The notes under the pieces: model-generated
Databases searched by the model: none
What the model was told of the DNA's origin: nothing
The model's input: the letters and a program-made list of their open reading frames with translations, nothing else
Shown here: piece after piece, positions 10,244-20,372 of the stretch
Layout of the letters: each line of letters starts with the position of its first letter
How positions within the stretch are numbered: the first letter of the stretch is position 1
DNA from: an uncultured cyanobacterium
GTDB lineage: Bacteria > Cyanobacteriota > Cyanobacteriia > Cyanobacteriales > Nostocaceae
Reading direction: 5' to 3'
NCBI GenBank assembly: GCA_963740315.1
Contig: CAVUDP010000004.1
Span: 640,001 to 704,000, forward strand
Length of the DNA stretch: 64,000 bases
Program-made: the position numbers and the translations under genes

Positions 10244-12742
10244 ATGTTTGAACGCTTCACAGAAAAAGCCATCAAGGTGATAATGCTTGCTCAAGAAGAG
10301 GCTCGCCGTCTTGGGCACAATTTTGTTGGTACGGAACAGATTCTTTTGGGTCTAATTGGCGAAGGTACTGGCGTGGCGGCTAAGGTGCTCAAATCAATGG
10401 GCGTTAACCTTAAAGATGCCAGAATCGAAGTCGAAAAAATCATAGGTCGAGGATCGGGCTTTGTTGCTGTGGAAATTCCGTTTACCCCACGGGCAAAGCG
10501 AGTTCTTGAACTATCTTTGGAAGAGGCTCGCCAGTTAGGTCACAACTATATTGGTACCGAGCATCTACTGTTAGGCTTGATCCGCGAAGGTGAAGGTGTA
10601 GCAGCTAGAGTACTGGAAAATCTTGGTGTTGACTTATCTAAGGTCAGAACCCAAGTTATCCGTATGCTTGGTGAAACCGCTGAAGTTACGGCTACTGGTC
10701 AATCTGGACGCAATAAAACTCCGACTCTGGATGAATTTGGCTCTAATTTGACCCAAATGGCACTAGATGGCAAACTCGACCCCGTGGTCGGACGCGCCAA
10801 GGAAATTGAGCGAGTAATCCAAATTTTGGGTCGCCGAACCAAAAACAACCCAGTATTAATTGGGGAACCAGGTGTTGGTAAAACCGCAATTGCGGAAGGA
10901 TTGGCACAACGGATTGCAAACAAAGATATACCTGATATCTTAGAAGAAAAACGTGTAGTAACTCTTGATATTGGCTTGCTTGTCGCAGGAACCAAATATC
11001 GGGGTGAATTTGAAGAACGCCTGAAAAAAATTATGGATGAAATCCGTCAGGCGGGAAATGTAATTTTAGTAATTGATGAGGTACACACCTTAATTGGTGC
11101 TGGTGCGGCAGAAGGCGCAATTGATGCAGCCAACATTCTTAAGCCAGCTTTAGCTCGTGGTGAATTGCAGTGTATCGGCGCGACAACGCTCGATGAATAC
11201 CGCAAGCACATCGAGCGAGATGCAGCGCTTGAGCGTCGTTTCCAACCAGTGATGGTGGGCGAACCTTCAGTAGATGAAACTATTGAAATTTTACGCGGTT
11301 TACGCGACCGTTACGAACAACATCATAAATTGAAAATTTCTGATGAAGCGGTGCTAGCGGCGGCTAAATTATCCGACCGTTATATTAGCGATCGCTATCT
11401 TCCAGATAAAGCAATTGACTTAATTGACGAAGCTGGAAGCCGGGTACGTTTGATTAACTCCCAACTGCCACCCGCAGCCAAAGAGTTAGACAAAGAACTG
11501 CGTAAAATCCTTAAAGAAAAGGATGATGCAGTACGTTCCCAAGACTTTGACAAAGCTGGCGAACTCCGCGATCGCGAAATGGAGATTAAAGGAGAAATTC
11601 GCGCTATTGCTCAAAGTAAAGCCGGTGCAACTCGCACTGAAGGCGAAGAACCCGTAGTTACTGAAGAAGATATTGCTCATATTGTGGCTTCTTGGACTGG
11701 CGTTCCGGTGAACAAACTCACCGAATCGGAATCCGAGAAATTGCTACATATGGAAGACACCTTGCACCAACGTTTGATTGGTCAAGAAGAAGCTGTAAGA
11801 GCAGTTTCCCGTGCTATTCGTCGCGCTCGTGTTGGGTTGAAAAATCCCAACCGACCGATTGCTAGCTTTGTCTTCTCCGGTCCTACTGGTGTAGGTAAAA
11901 CTGAATTAGCGAAATCTTTGGCTTCCTACTTCTTCGGTTCGGAAGAAGCAATGATTCGTCTGGATATGTCCGAATTCATGGAGCGTCACACCGTCAGCAA
12001 GCTGATTGGTTCGCCTCCGGGTTATGTCGGATACAACGAAGGCGGTCAGTTAACGGAAGCTGTCAGACGCAGACCATATACGGTAGTGCTTTTCGACGAA
12101 ATTGAAAAAGCACACCCCGATGTATTTAATATGCTGCTTCAAATACTTGAAGACGGTAGATTAACGGATGCGAAGGGACGTACCGTAGACTTCAAAAACA
12201 CCTTGCTGATATTAACTTCTAACATCGGTTCTAAGGTGATTGAAAAAGGTGGTGGCGGTATTGGTTTCGAGTTTGCCGAAGATGCGAGCGATTCTCAATA
12301 CAATCGTATTAAGACTTTGGTTAACGAAGAACTCAAGCAGTACTTCCGTCCTGAATTCCTCAACCGTCTAGACGAAATCATCGTCTTCCGTCAGTTGAAC
12401 CGTGAAGAGGTAATGTTAATTGCCGATATCATGCTCAAGGAAGTATTCGGACGACTCACCGAAAAAGGTATTGAACTGAAAGTGAGCGATCGCTTTAAAG
12501 AGCGTTTGCTTGTAGAAGGTTATAACCCCAGCTACGGTGCAAGACCTCTACGTCGAGCGATTATGCGCTTGCTCGAAGATAGTCTTGCTGAAGAAATTCT
12601 CTCCGGACGCATTGGTGAAGGCGATACAGCCTTGGTTGATGTGGATGAAGCCGGGAATATCCTTGTAACAGCAGATAAAACTGAAGAAGATAGCGAAGAC
12701 AGCGGACAAGATGATGCTTTGCCTCAAGCTGTTGAGGGGTAA
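10244..12742 (+). CDS. clpC: ATP-dependent Clp protease ATP-binding subunit ClpC
   Basis: [32 protein letters not shown]-terminus; two Walker A motifs ([16 protein letters not shown]). Confidence 0.98.
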   Translation: MFERFTEKAIKVIMLAQEEARRLGHNFVGTEQILLGLIGEGTGVAAKVLKSMGVNLKDARIEVEKIIGRGSGFVAVEIPFTPRAKRVLELSLEEARQLGHNYIGTEHLLLGLIREGEGVAARVLENLGVDLSKVRTQVIRMLGETAEVTATGQSGRNKTPTLDEFGSNLTQMALDGKLDPVVGRAKEIERVIQILGRRTKNNPVLIGEPGVGKTAIAEGLAQRIANKDIPDILEEKRVVTLDIGLLVAGTKYRGEFEERLKKIMDEIRQAGNVILVIDEVHTLIGAGAAEGAIDAANILKPALARGELQCIGATTLDEYRKHIERDAALERRFQPVMVGEPSVDETIEILRGLRDRYEQHHKLKISDEAVLAAAKLSDRYISDRYLPDKAIDLIDEAGSRVRLINSQLPPAAKELDKELRKILKEKDDAVRSQDFDKAGELRDREMEIKGEIRAIAQSKAGATRTEGEEPVVTEEDIAHIVASWTGVPVNKLTESESEKLLHMEDTLHQRLIGQEEAVRAVSRAIRRARVGLKNPNRPIASFVFSGPTGVGKTELAKSLASYFFGSEEAMIRLDMSEFMERHTVSKLIGSPPGYVGYNEGGQLTEAVRRRPYTVVLFDEIEKAHPDVFNMLLQILEDGRLTDAKGRTVDFKNTLLILTSNIGSKVIEKGGGGIGFEFAEDASDSQYNRIKTLVNEELKQYFRPEFLNRLDEIIVFRQLNREEVMLIADIMLKEVFGRLTEKGIELKVSDRFKERLLVEGYNPSYGARPLRRAIMRLLEDSLAEEILSGRIGEGDTALVDVDEAGNILVTADKTEEDSEDSGQDDALPQAVEG

Positions 12743-12784
12743 AAGTTGATTAGATCGTAATTATCTAGAATTTTGATGATTTGA

Positions 12785-12822
12785 AAGCGGTAGGGAAGTT
12801 ATTTTCTCTACCGTTTTTTTTT
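12785..12822 (+). terminator. Intrinsic terminator after clpC
   Basis: Hairpin gcggtagggaa/ttctctaccgt followed by a run of nine T. Confidence 0.75.
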
Positions 12823-12850
12823 GTTTTTTGTTTAAATTGCTGATTTTTAT

Positions 12851-12961
12851 AAACCGCAGAGAGCGCAAAGAGCGCAGAGGAAAGAGGTGGAGAGAGATAT
12901 TGTAGGGTGTGTGACGCTTGATAAATTTTGTAAGATATGAGATTTGTCGCGTCACGCACCA
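12851..12961 (+). repeat. Paired small repeats: AAACCGCAGAGA...GCAGAGG element plus GTAGGGTGTGT...ACGCACCA hairpin (family B)
   Basis: The same pair recurs at 42198-42322; a third family B copy is at 38313-38381 (minus strand). Confidence 0.75.
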
Positions 12962-12989
12962 GGCAAAATCTTGGATCTTATTATGATTT

Positions 12990-13338
12990 TTAAATCATGG
13001 AATCATCAATGATTTTTCCATCACATAGCAAGTTTGGCATTTTTAAAGTTAGCTTCCTCAAATATAGAATCAACTAAAACTGTTTCTTGCAGCAATGCTC
13101 CTTGTAGATTAGCTTTTCTAAAATTGGATTTTATTAAAATAGAAAAACTGGAATTAGTATTTTGTAAATTAGCTCCTTCTAAATTCGCTCCAGTTAAATC
13201 AACCTCCGCTAAGTTAGCATCGCAAAAATTAGCATTATTTAGATTGGCATCGGTTAAGTTAGTGCCGGGTTGCAGCATAACCCGAGTAAATTTCCTTTCC
13301 CCAGCAGCATATCGCTGTAACAATTCCTCAGCAGTCAC
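12990..13338 (-). pseudogene. Pentapeptide-repeat protein, apparently truncated by frameshift or deletion near the C-terminus
   Basis: MTAEELLQRYAAGERKF plus A(N/D)Lxx repeats. The ORF stops at ATG-TGA, but a shifted frame continues DGKIIDDSMI* (stop ends 12990), resembling the MPDG tail common in this family. Confidence 0.65.
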
Positions 13339-13470
13339 GATGGTATAAATATATTGTTTATGCTATTAGACTCGGACTTACAGTCCCAGGTAGGTTGATA
13401 ATGACCTTTGATTCAATTCTGCTTATTTAGAATCCAGTTTGTGGATAGTTTGTAAGTACAACAGGTTAAT

Positions 13471-14901
13471 CTATCCGATTTTCTGCTTTTTAATTCTCAT
13501 AAATATTTCATGAAATAATAACGCTATTAAAAAGGCTGGCAAAGCTTCATTAATGAGTTGATGATATCCTAAAAACCGCCACGCGATCGCAGTAAATAAT
13601 CCGACGAATATCGTACTACTTAGTACCAGATAATGAGTACGTATTTTCAAGACTGTAATAAACATTGCCGGACTAATTGAACCAGCTAAACCGGCTGTAG
13701 AAAAAATAATTAATGAAAAAACTGTACTAGTAATAAAATTTGTAGCACTAACGGCTAAAATACCAAACATAATGGTGATAAATTGCTGGTATTTTAACCC
13801 GTATTTTGTTGACAACTGCCGATATAAAGCAGGAGAAATATCTCTTGCTAAAGAACTAGAACAAACTAAAATTTGAGAATCAGCCGTCGAAGCAATGATT
13901 GAAAATACTCCGGCTAAGACGATACCGATAAAGAAAGGATGAAAATTTTGTACTGCATATAAAGGTAAAGCTTGTTCTGGATCGTTAATATCAGGAATCG
14001 ATATTCGACAAATCATCCCGAACAAAAGCATGGCTATTGAGGTAGAATATCCGAAAAATAAGTAAAGCCATTTGGCTTGTTTTACTTCGTTAGGATTGCG
14101 TCCAGCCATTAATCTTACTAAATATTGAGGCTGACTTAAACTGAATCCTATTGCAGCAAAAATGAAACCTAGTATATAAGCTATTATTGTCCACCAAGTA
14201 AATCCTGAAAATATATTCGTTAGTTGAGGATCTATACTATATAGTTTTGTGGTGATTTCTGGAATACTTCCACCTGCAATAGTTGCAGCTATCAGCGTCC
14301 CGAAACAAACAAATATGACTACAATTGCTTGCACAACATCAGTCCAAACTGAAGCTCTTAAACCTCCCTTTACGCAGTAAGCAAGAATTAATGCTGCCGA
14401 TATTACTGCTCCTATTTTTAAATCGATACCAAAAAATGCATTCAGAATCTTAGCTGATGCATAAAACTGTGCGGCAGTATAAAGACCAACAAATACTACA
14501 GAAATTAAGGCGACAATAGAGGTTATTAATTTTTTGCCTTGAGGTGTTTTGAGTGTTGAACCGATTAATTCGGGAACAGTTTGAGAATTTTGCTCTAAAG
14601 AAATCCGATTTATCTTATCGGCAAAAAAGTTCCAAAAAATTAGCTCTCCGATAAAGAAAGCTAGAAGAAATAAAAGACCACTAATTCCTTGAGAATAACC
14701 CAAGCCAACAATTCCCGTCATTACGTAACCACTATTAGCAGTAGCTCCGGCACTTAAGGCGATAAAGTATTTACCAAAAGACCTATTCGCAAGTAAATAA
14801 TCTGAATCAGTATTCTGAGAGAATTTAGCAGCAAAAGCGCCAACCCACAAGAAAATTATCAGAAAAAATCCAAAACTAATAATTGTAATTAAGGAGTGCA
14901 T
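13471..14901 (-). CDS. Sodium:solute symporter (SSS family, divergent PutP-like)
   Basis: Many TM segments. DYLLANRS, GGLRASVWTDVVQA and STADSQILVCSS correspond to SSS motifs. Confidence 0.88.
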   Translation of the reverse strand: MHSLITIISFGFFLIIFLWVGAFAAKFSQNTDSDYLLANRSFGKYFIALSAGATANSGYVMTGIVGLGYSQGISGLLFLLAFFIGELIFWNFFADKINRISLEQNSQTVPELIGSTLKTPQGKKLITSIVALISVVFVGLYTAAQFYASAKILNAFFGIDLKIGAVISAALILAYCVKGGLRASVWTDVVQAIVVIFVCFGTLIAATIAGGSIPEITTKLYSIDPQLTNIFSGFTWWTIIAYILGFIFAAIGFSLSQPQYLVRLMAGRNPNEVKQAKWLYLFFGYSTSIAMLLFGMICRISIPDINDPEQALPLYAVQNFHPFFIGIVLAGVFSIIASTADSQILVCSSSLARDISPALYRQLSTKYGLKYQQFITIMFGILAVSATNFITSTVFSLIIFSTAGLAGSISPAMFITVLKIRTHYLVLSSTIFVGLFTAIAWRFLGYHQLINEALPAFLIALLFHEIFMRIKKQKIG

Positions 14902-15042
14902 ATTTTAATTTTTTTGGGGTTGACGATCGAGAGGGCACGTTGCTGCTATTTAATTTATGAAATGATTATTTGACATTACTCTGGATGTTGCACCCAGGAA
15001 CGTCAACACATGGGTTTATTGTTTGATAAAAGATGTAATCTA

Positions 15043-15660
15043 CTAAACCCCGAATTTTACTTTTATATTTTTATAACTTTCTTGTTCTATGTAAATCATG
15101 CGAGTTCGGATTGGAATTCCTGTAGTTGGTGAAGTCCAACCTACAATAAAATAATCTTCAGTAGTATTTTTGATGGGTATTTTCGAGTGGTCGTAAACTG
15201 GAACAACAAAGTTTTTTATATATTCCTGTGTTGTTTCATCCAGGCTGATTAAAATAGTTTTGCGAGCAATTCGATACATATGTTTGATAGCTGTGGCTGC
15301 ATCTTCAACACACAGTAATGAACTCAAAGAAAATACAAAATCAAAGGATTTATTCTCAATTTCTGCCAAAGCCGTTTCTACTGGCTTGTGGATAGTTTTA
15401 TATCCTCTTTGGGCTGCGTAATCGAGCATTTTAGCTGAAATATCAATTCCCGTATATTCAAAATCTCCCTGCAACAATTCACTTAAATTTCCCGTACCAC
15501 AACCAATATCTAAAATACTGCCTTGATTGCGATCGCGTCGATGAAATATTTTAACGGCTTCATTTACGTGTTGGGCATTAACTTTGGAATCTTGTAAAGT
15601 GTCATCATAATTACTAGCCAATTGATCGTAAAATTCTTCAGGGGAAATTTTTGTAGACAT
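15043..15660 (-). CDS. Class I SAM-dependent methyltransferase
   Basis: Motif I ILDIGCGTG, GIDISAKML and SFDFVFS. ATG 15660 is preceded by GAGGAAGG. Confidence 0.88.
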   Translation of the reverse strand: MSTKISPEEFYDQLASNYDDTLQDSKVNAQHVNEAVKIFHRRDRNQGSILDIGCGTGNLSELLQGDFEYTGIDISAKMLDYAAQRGYKTIHKPVETALAEIENKSFDFVFSLSSLLCVEDAATAIKHMYRIARKTILISLDETTQEYIKNFVVPVYDHSKIPIKNTTEDYFIVGWTSPTTGIPIRTRMIYIEQESYKNIKVKFGV

Positions 15661-15730
15661 AGTTTCCTTCCTCACGAATATTATGCTGTAAAGGTAATTT
15701 ATCGCATTTTGAATCAATTACCAATAATCT

Positions 15731-16999
15731 TTATACGGTTATTGCTTCTGCCACGTCATATAAACCGTTCTTTTCAAGCTTGCGAATAGCTTGAAAATCC
15801 TGTTGAATAATTTCTGGATTTTCATGAACCAGAAAAATAGAACCGGGAGAAGAAGCTAAATCAATCGTCTTTTTAATTAATCCATCTTTTTTGATTGATA
15901 AATGCATATCGCAAAAAGATGGTAGTTTTCTGATTTTATCCATTTGGGATATTGAGTTAATTCTTCCCTCAACTTCTGAAATTAAAATGACAATCAAAAG
16001 ATTTTTTTGTAGAGACAATCCTTTGTTGACGATCAATTTAAAATTATCTGGATCTACATAGGATTTTACTGTCAGTTCAACATGATTAGACTGCATCGCC
16101 CTACTAACTACTTCTGGTATTATTACACCCATCAATCTAGGGTTAGTTTCAACTAAAACAGGTCCATTATCCGTTATCATAACTTCGCTATGACAAGCAC
16201 CAAATTGAATTCTCAAAGCGTCAAGAACTTGTTTGATATAGTTATCCAGTTGTTTTTGAACTCCACCACCCAATTGCAAAAGTTCGATAAAATCGTAAAT
16301 CTTGCTATAACCTGGCATATCAAGTTTTCGATACTGCCAAATATCCGTAATATAATGCTTGCCTTCCAAAGTTACAGTATTGACTATATATTCTGTTCCA
16401 GACAAAAATTCTTGAGCTAACACCTCGGTGTTTTTTATTCCACAAACGTTTATATCACCAACAATCCGCTCGAAAGCACAAATCACATCATCTTCGCGAT
16501 CGCAAAATATAACGTTATCCGTACAAACGCTGCTAACTGGCTTTAGAACAACAGGCCATTTTCCTAATTCTTTTACCCATAATAAAATCTCTTCAAGGTT
16601 AGCCGACTTGATTTGATTTACGGCTCTAATTCCAAAATCTCGAACTGCCTCACCCATTTCAAATTTATCTCGTCTAGCTCTGCTATATTCTGTTCCGTTT
16701 GATGGTAAACCTAATTTTTCACTGAGATTATCAGCAAGCTCAACTCCAAGGTCGCATCCAGGGATTACAAAGGCAATATTATATTTAGATAAGTTTAAAA
16801 GGGTTTTCTCAACATCTCCTTCGTGGATAATATTGTCTATAAAATTATTTGGATGAAAGGAAGGTTTAAAAAACTGAGGAATGTCTTTTCTAGTTTGTAC
16901 GTGAACGCAATCTATACCATATTTTTTCAACTCTGATGGTAAGAATCTACCAGTTGAATAGCCATCTACGACAGCACATAATCTTGATTTTGATTTCAT
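15731..16999 (-). CDS. ATP-grasp ligase, L-amino-acid-ligase-like (DdaF/NikS/BacD-type)
   Basis: VVDGYSTG, RRDKFEM, PVVLKP, QEFLSGTEY, GACHSEV, LVETNPRLMG and TIDLASSPG motifs. Confidence 0.85.
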   Translation of the reverse strand: MKSKSRLCAVVDGYSTGRFLPSELKKYGIDCVHVQTRKDIPQFFKPSFHPNNFIDNIIHEGDVEKTLLNLSKYNIAFVIPGCDLGVELADNLSEKLGLPSNGTEYSRARRDKFEMGEAVRDFGIRAVNQIKSANLEEILLWVKELGKWPVVLKPVSSVCTDNVIFCDREDDVICAFERIVGDINVCGIKNTEVLAQEFLSGTEYIVNTVTLEGKHYITDIWQYRKLDMPGYSKIYDFIELLQLGGGVQKQLDNYIKQVLDALRIQFGACHSEVMITDNGPVLVETNPRLMGVIIPEVVSRAMQSNHVELTVKSYVDPDNFKLIVNKGLSLQKNLLIVILISEVEGRINSISQMDKIRKLPSFCDMHLSIKKDGLIKKTIDLASSPGSIFLVHENPEIIQQDFQAIRKLEKNGLYDVAEAITV

Positions 17000-17379
17000 T
17001 GCCTTTTACAATATTTTCTCTTATTTTTCAAACTAAATTACATATATTTCAATTGATAATACAGTATTTTGCGATTAACTACAATATTCATCACGTCAGT
17101 TAGAAATTTAATTTGTATTGACTAAATACTTTCTTTGATTAATACAAAAACTAAGAAAAGTAAGAAAAGTAAGAAAAGTTGTTTATTCAAAAATTAGTTA
17201 GCTAAAAAATACAATTAAAAAGTGAAAATGCAGCCTTTAAATGTATTTACTATAATGAGCGCAAAAATTATATAAAAAATCATAACAAGATAGATTGCCT
17301 AAAGAAATCTTTTTAAGCAATCAAAAATTTAGGTACATTAAGCTACATCAAGAGTGACTGATAGCTTGGAATATTAAAA

Positions 17380-17820
17380 CTACGTCGTCATATTCGCAAA
17401 AACAGAAGGCTTGACTACCACATCCGAATCAACTCGAATAAAAACCTTAGCTCCACAACCGAGAGAATCATCAGGAGTATAAATCACTTCACAACCTCCA
17501 TTTATCTTGACGTGATGAGCCTCAATCTTCTGAGAACCCGACCTAACAAGAATTACAGGCTCTTGACTACCACTGTTATTATTGCTTTTAATCTTTTGAG
17601 AATTAACGTGAATGAGAGTTGATGTGGAGCTTAATCGCTTTCTCCAAGTTCCTTTCGGTCCTCGTTTACCAATTTTAATTTTTGGCATTCCGTTAAATAT
17701 GGGAATCTGCCAAAATCTACCAACTTTTTCTGCTCCGACAATTCGAGCCTCATAAAGCAGTTGCCGCACTCTTTGAGTACAAATTTTCAGCAATCGAGCC
17801 GCTTCGGTTGTTCCAATCAT
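17380..17820 (-). CDS. Helix-turn-helix (excisionase/HTH_17-like) DNA-binding protein with an extra C-terminal domain
   Basis: IGTTEAARLLKICTQRVRQLL...AEKVGRFWQIP N-terminus. Confidence 0.75.
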   Translation of the reverse strand: MIGTTEAARLLKICTQRVRQLLYEARIVGAEKVGRFWQIPIFNGMPKIKIGKRGPKGTWRKRLSSTSTLIHVNSQKIKSNNNSGSQEPVILVRSGSQKIEAHHVKINGGCEVIYTPDDSLGCGAKVFIRVDSDVVVKPSVFANMTT

Positions 17821-17993
17821 AACTCTAGCACTAGGGTTTTTCAGCTAAATAAGAATATACAACATTTCCTCTCCCCAAAAAATAATCAAAAATTAAACCG
17901 GGATATATTCCACTACCAACATCGTCGCAACAATTAAGATAAATTAAATATTGGCTCGCGGCATCGATTAGAGTATTCCCTCGTTTAAAGCAG

Positions 17994-19757
17994 ATGACAA
18001 CAAAGTTACTAAACAATCGTTATCAAGTTATCCAGGTGTTAGGTGCTGGTGGGTTTGGCGAAACCTTTTTAGCGGAAGATACTCATCTTCCTTCTCGCCG
18101 ACGTTGCGTGATTAAGCAGCTAAAACCACTCGCAGACGAACCAAAAACCTATCAAAAGGTTCAGCAACTTTTTGAACGAGAAGCAACAACTTTAGAATTT
18201 CTCGGTGAAGGTAGCGAGCAAATTCCTAATCTTTTTGCCTATTTTTCGGAAAATGGGTTATTTTATTTAGTTCAAGAATGGATTCAAGGACAAACTTTAA
18301 CGAATATCGTTGAAACTAACGGATGTTTGAACGAACAAGCTGTCAAAGACATTTTAATCAGCTTGCTACCAGTTTTAGAATACGTCCACTCAAAAGGAAT
18401 CATTCATCGCGATATTAAACCCGACAATATTATTCTGCGTAATTCTAATAACAAACCCGTTTTAATTGATTTCGGTGCGGTAAAAGAAACTATTCGTACT
18501 GCAATCAACTCTTCGGGAAGCCCCACGCAATCAATGGTGGTTGGTACGCCGGGATATATGCCTATCGAACAGGTTTTGGGGCGTGCGGTTTTTGCTACCG
18601 ATGTTTATAGTTTGGGTTTAACGGCAATTTATTTGTTAACTGGTAAACATCCCCAAGAATTAGAAACAAACCCGCAAACTGGTCAAATATTATGGCAAGA
18701 TTATGCGATCGCAGTTTCAACTTCTTTAAAAACGGTTCTTAATAAAGCGATCGATCCAAATGTAGGTAGTCGCTATAGCACTGCAAGCAAAATGCTTCAT
18801 GCTTTGCAATCAAATACTCAAACGAATGCTGCTTCGGTTAATAATCAAAAAACTCAAAAAACAGTAGCAGTATCTCCTGTAGCTGCAACTCCTCGAAAGA
18901 ATCAAAATTCGACAACTTCAACAAACTGGTTAAAACCCGGTTTAATTTTCGGTGGTTTACTCGCTGCTGGATTAATCGGGGGAGTGGCGATCGCTAATTT
19001 TAATCGTCAGCAACCAGAAGAAGATGTCGTTGTATCCCAAACTCCATCACCAGAGCCTACTGATAATAGCGATCGCAGTTTAACTTCTTCTCCAGAACCA
19101 TCTTTAAACGAAATTCAACCAGCCGAAACACCCCCTCAACAACCACCACAGCGACAAATTGCTCCACGGCAGCCACAACAAGAACAAATAATAGAACCAA
19201 CTTCAGATCCAATACCTGATACGCAGCCGCAAGCTATTTCAACACCAGAATCACAACCGCAAATATTTTCTACTCCCAAGCCTAAACCTAAACCTACCCC
19301 TAAAATTGCAACGCCCCCGAAAGAGATTAAAGAACCAGTTATTAATAATACTTCAAATTCAAATTTTCCAGTATTTCCAACAGGTACCCCTGAAAGCAAC
19401 GTTAAAGCAAATTTAGGAGAACCTACCAAAGTTTCTAGGGGTTTATGGAATACCCGCGCCTATCTTTATAAATTACAGCCAGATGTAGACTTAGGTTTAC
19501 TATTTGACCGGCAGTCTGGAAAATTGCGACAAACAGAAGCATCCCTTGCCCAATCTGTAGGAGTAAATACGATGCAAAATACTTTACAAGGAATGTTATC
19601 AGGTAATATTAACGGCGACATTCAACAGGGATTGCAGCGAGTGTATCAGCGCCAAACTAACAGATATTCTTTTCAAACTGGAAACTTAAAAGGAGAAATA
19701 GAGCGTAATCGAGAAGGGCGAATTTATATTGCCGTTTGGGAAGCGGATTTGCATTGA
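17994..19757 (+). CDS. pknA: Membrane Ser/Thr protein kinase, PknA-like
   Basis: LGAGGFG, HRDIKPDN, DFG and GTPGYMP motifs; TM helix; Pro/Gln-rich linker; C-terminal domain ending IYIAVWEADLH resembles Anabaena PknA (from recall). Confidence 0.85.
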   Translation: MTTKLLNNRYQVIQVLGAGGFGETFLAEDTHLPSRRRCVIKQLKPLADEPKTYQKVQQLFEREATTLEFLGEGSEQIPNLFAYFSENGLFYLVQEWIQGQTLTNIVETNGCLNEQAVKDILISLLPVLEYVHSKGIIHRDIKPDNIILRNSNNKPVLIDFGAVKETIRTAINSSGSPTQSMVVGTPGYMPIEQVLGRAVFATDVYSLGLTAIYLLTGKHPQELETNPQTGQILWQDYAIAVSTSLKTVLNKAIDPNVGSRYSTASKMLHALQSNTQTNAASVNNQKTQKTVAVSPVAATPRKNQNSTTSTNWLKPGLIFGGLLAAGLIGGVAIANFNRQQPEEDVVVSQTPSPEPTDNSDRSLTSSPEPSLNEIQPAETPPQQPPQRQIAPRQPQQEQIIEPTSDPIPDTQPQAISTPESQPQIFSTPKPKPKPTPKIATPPKEIKEPVINNTSNSNFPVFPTGTPESNVKANLGEPTKVSRGLWNTRAYLYKLQPDVDLGLLFDRQSGKLRQTEASLAQSVGVNTMQNTLQGMLSGNINGDIQQGLQRVYQRQTNRYSFQTGNLKGEIERNREGRIYIAVWEADLH

Positions 19758-19864
19758 GAATGGGGACAAGGGAGAGCGGGGAGAGGGGGTAGAAAAATTC
19801 CTAACTCCTCATTCCTAGCTCCTAACTATTAACCAATGTTCAATCCCCTCATTCCCAATTTGAA

Positions 19865-20269
19865 TTACTTAACAGTTACTTTAGCACCAGCTTCTTCAAG
19901 TTGCTTTTTAGCATCTTCAGCAGCTTCTTTAGCCATAGCTTCTTTGATTGCTTTAGGTGCGGATTCTACCATTTCTTTAGCTTCTTTCAAGCCTAAGCCG
20001 GTAATACCGCGTACAACCTTGAGGATAGCAATCTTCTTATCGGCAGGTACGTCTTCTAGTACTACGTCAAATTCAGTTTTCTCTTCTTCAGGTTCAGCAT
20101 CAGCAGCAGCAGCGCCTCCGCCCATATTTGGCATCATCATCATGCCACCGCCACCGGAAGCGGAAGCATCTACTTCAAATACTTCTTCGATTTGCTTAAC
20201 TAATTCGGAAGCTTCGAGCAAGCTCAAAGACTTCAAGCTTTCCATGATTTCATCGGTTTTTGCAGACAT
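19865..20269 (-). CDS. rplL: 50S ribosomal protein L7/L12
   Basis: [22 protein letters not shown] and [11 protein letters not shown]. Confidence 0.97.
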   Translation of the reverse strand: MSAKTDEIMESLKSLSLLEASELVKQIEEVFEVDASASGGGGMMMMPNMGGGAAAADAEPEEEKTEFDVVLEDVPADKKIAILKVVRGITGLGLKEAKEMVESAPKAIKEAMAKEAAEDAKKQLEEAGAKVTVK

Positions 20270-20312
20270 AATTCAACTCCTGTTGTTGTTTTTATTGTTC
20301 TAACTTGGGTTC

Positions 20313-20360
20313 GTAGTAAGGATTTTAATCCTTGTTTAAGAGGGCTGAAGCCCTTACTAC
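20313..20360. repeat. REPIN-like doublet GTAGTAAG...CTTACTAC (family A)
   Basis: Inverted pair of small hairpins; further copies at 36163-36211 and 52693-52747. Confidence 0.8.
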
Positions 20361-20372
20361 AAGCAAAAGAAA

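Noticed and set aside
15043..16999. Mycosporine-like amino acid cluster (methyltransferase plus ATP-grasp)
   Set aside because: No sugar-phosphate cyclase (mysA); the methyltransferase is not MysB-like; ATP-grasp motifs fit the L-amino-acid-ligase class.
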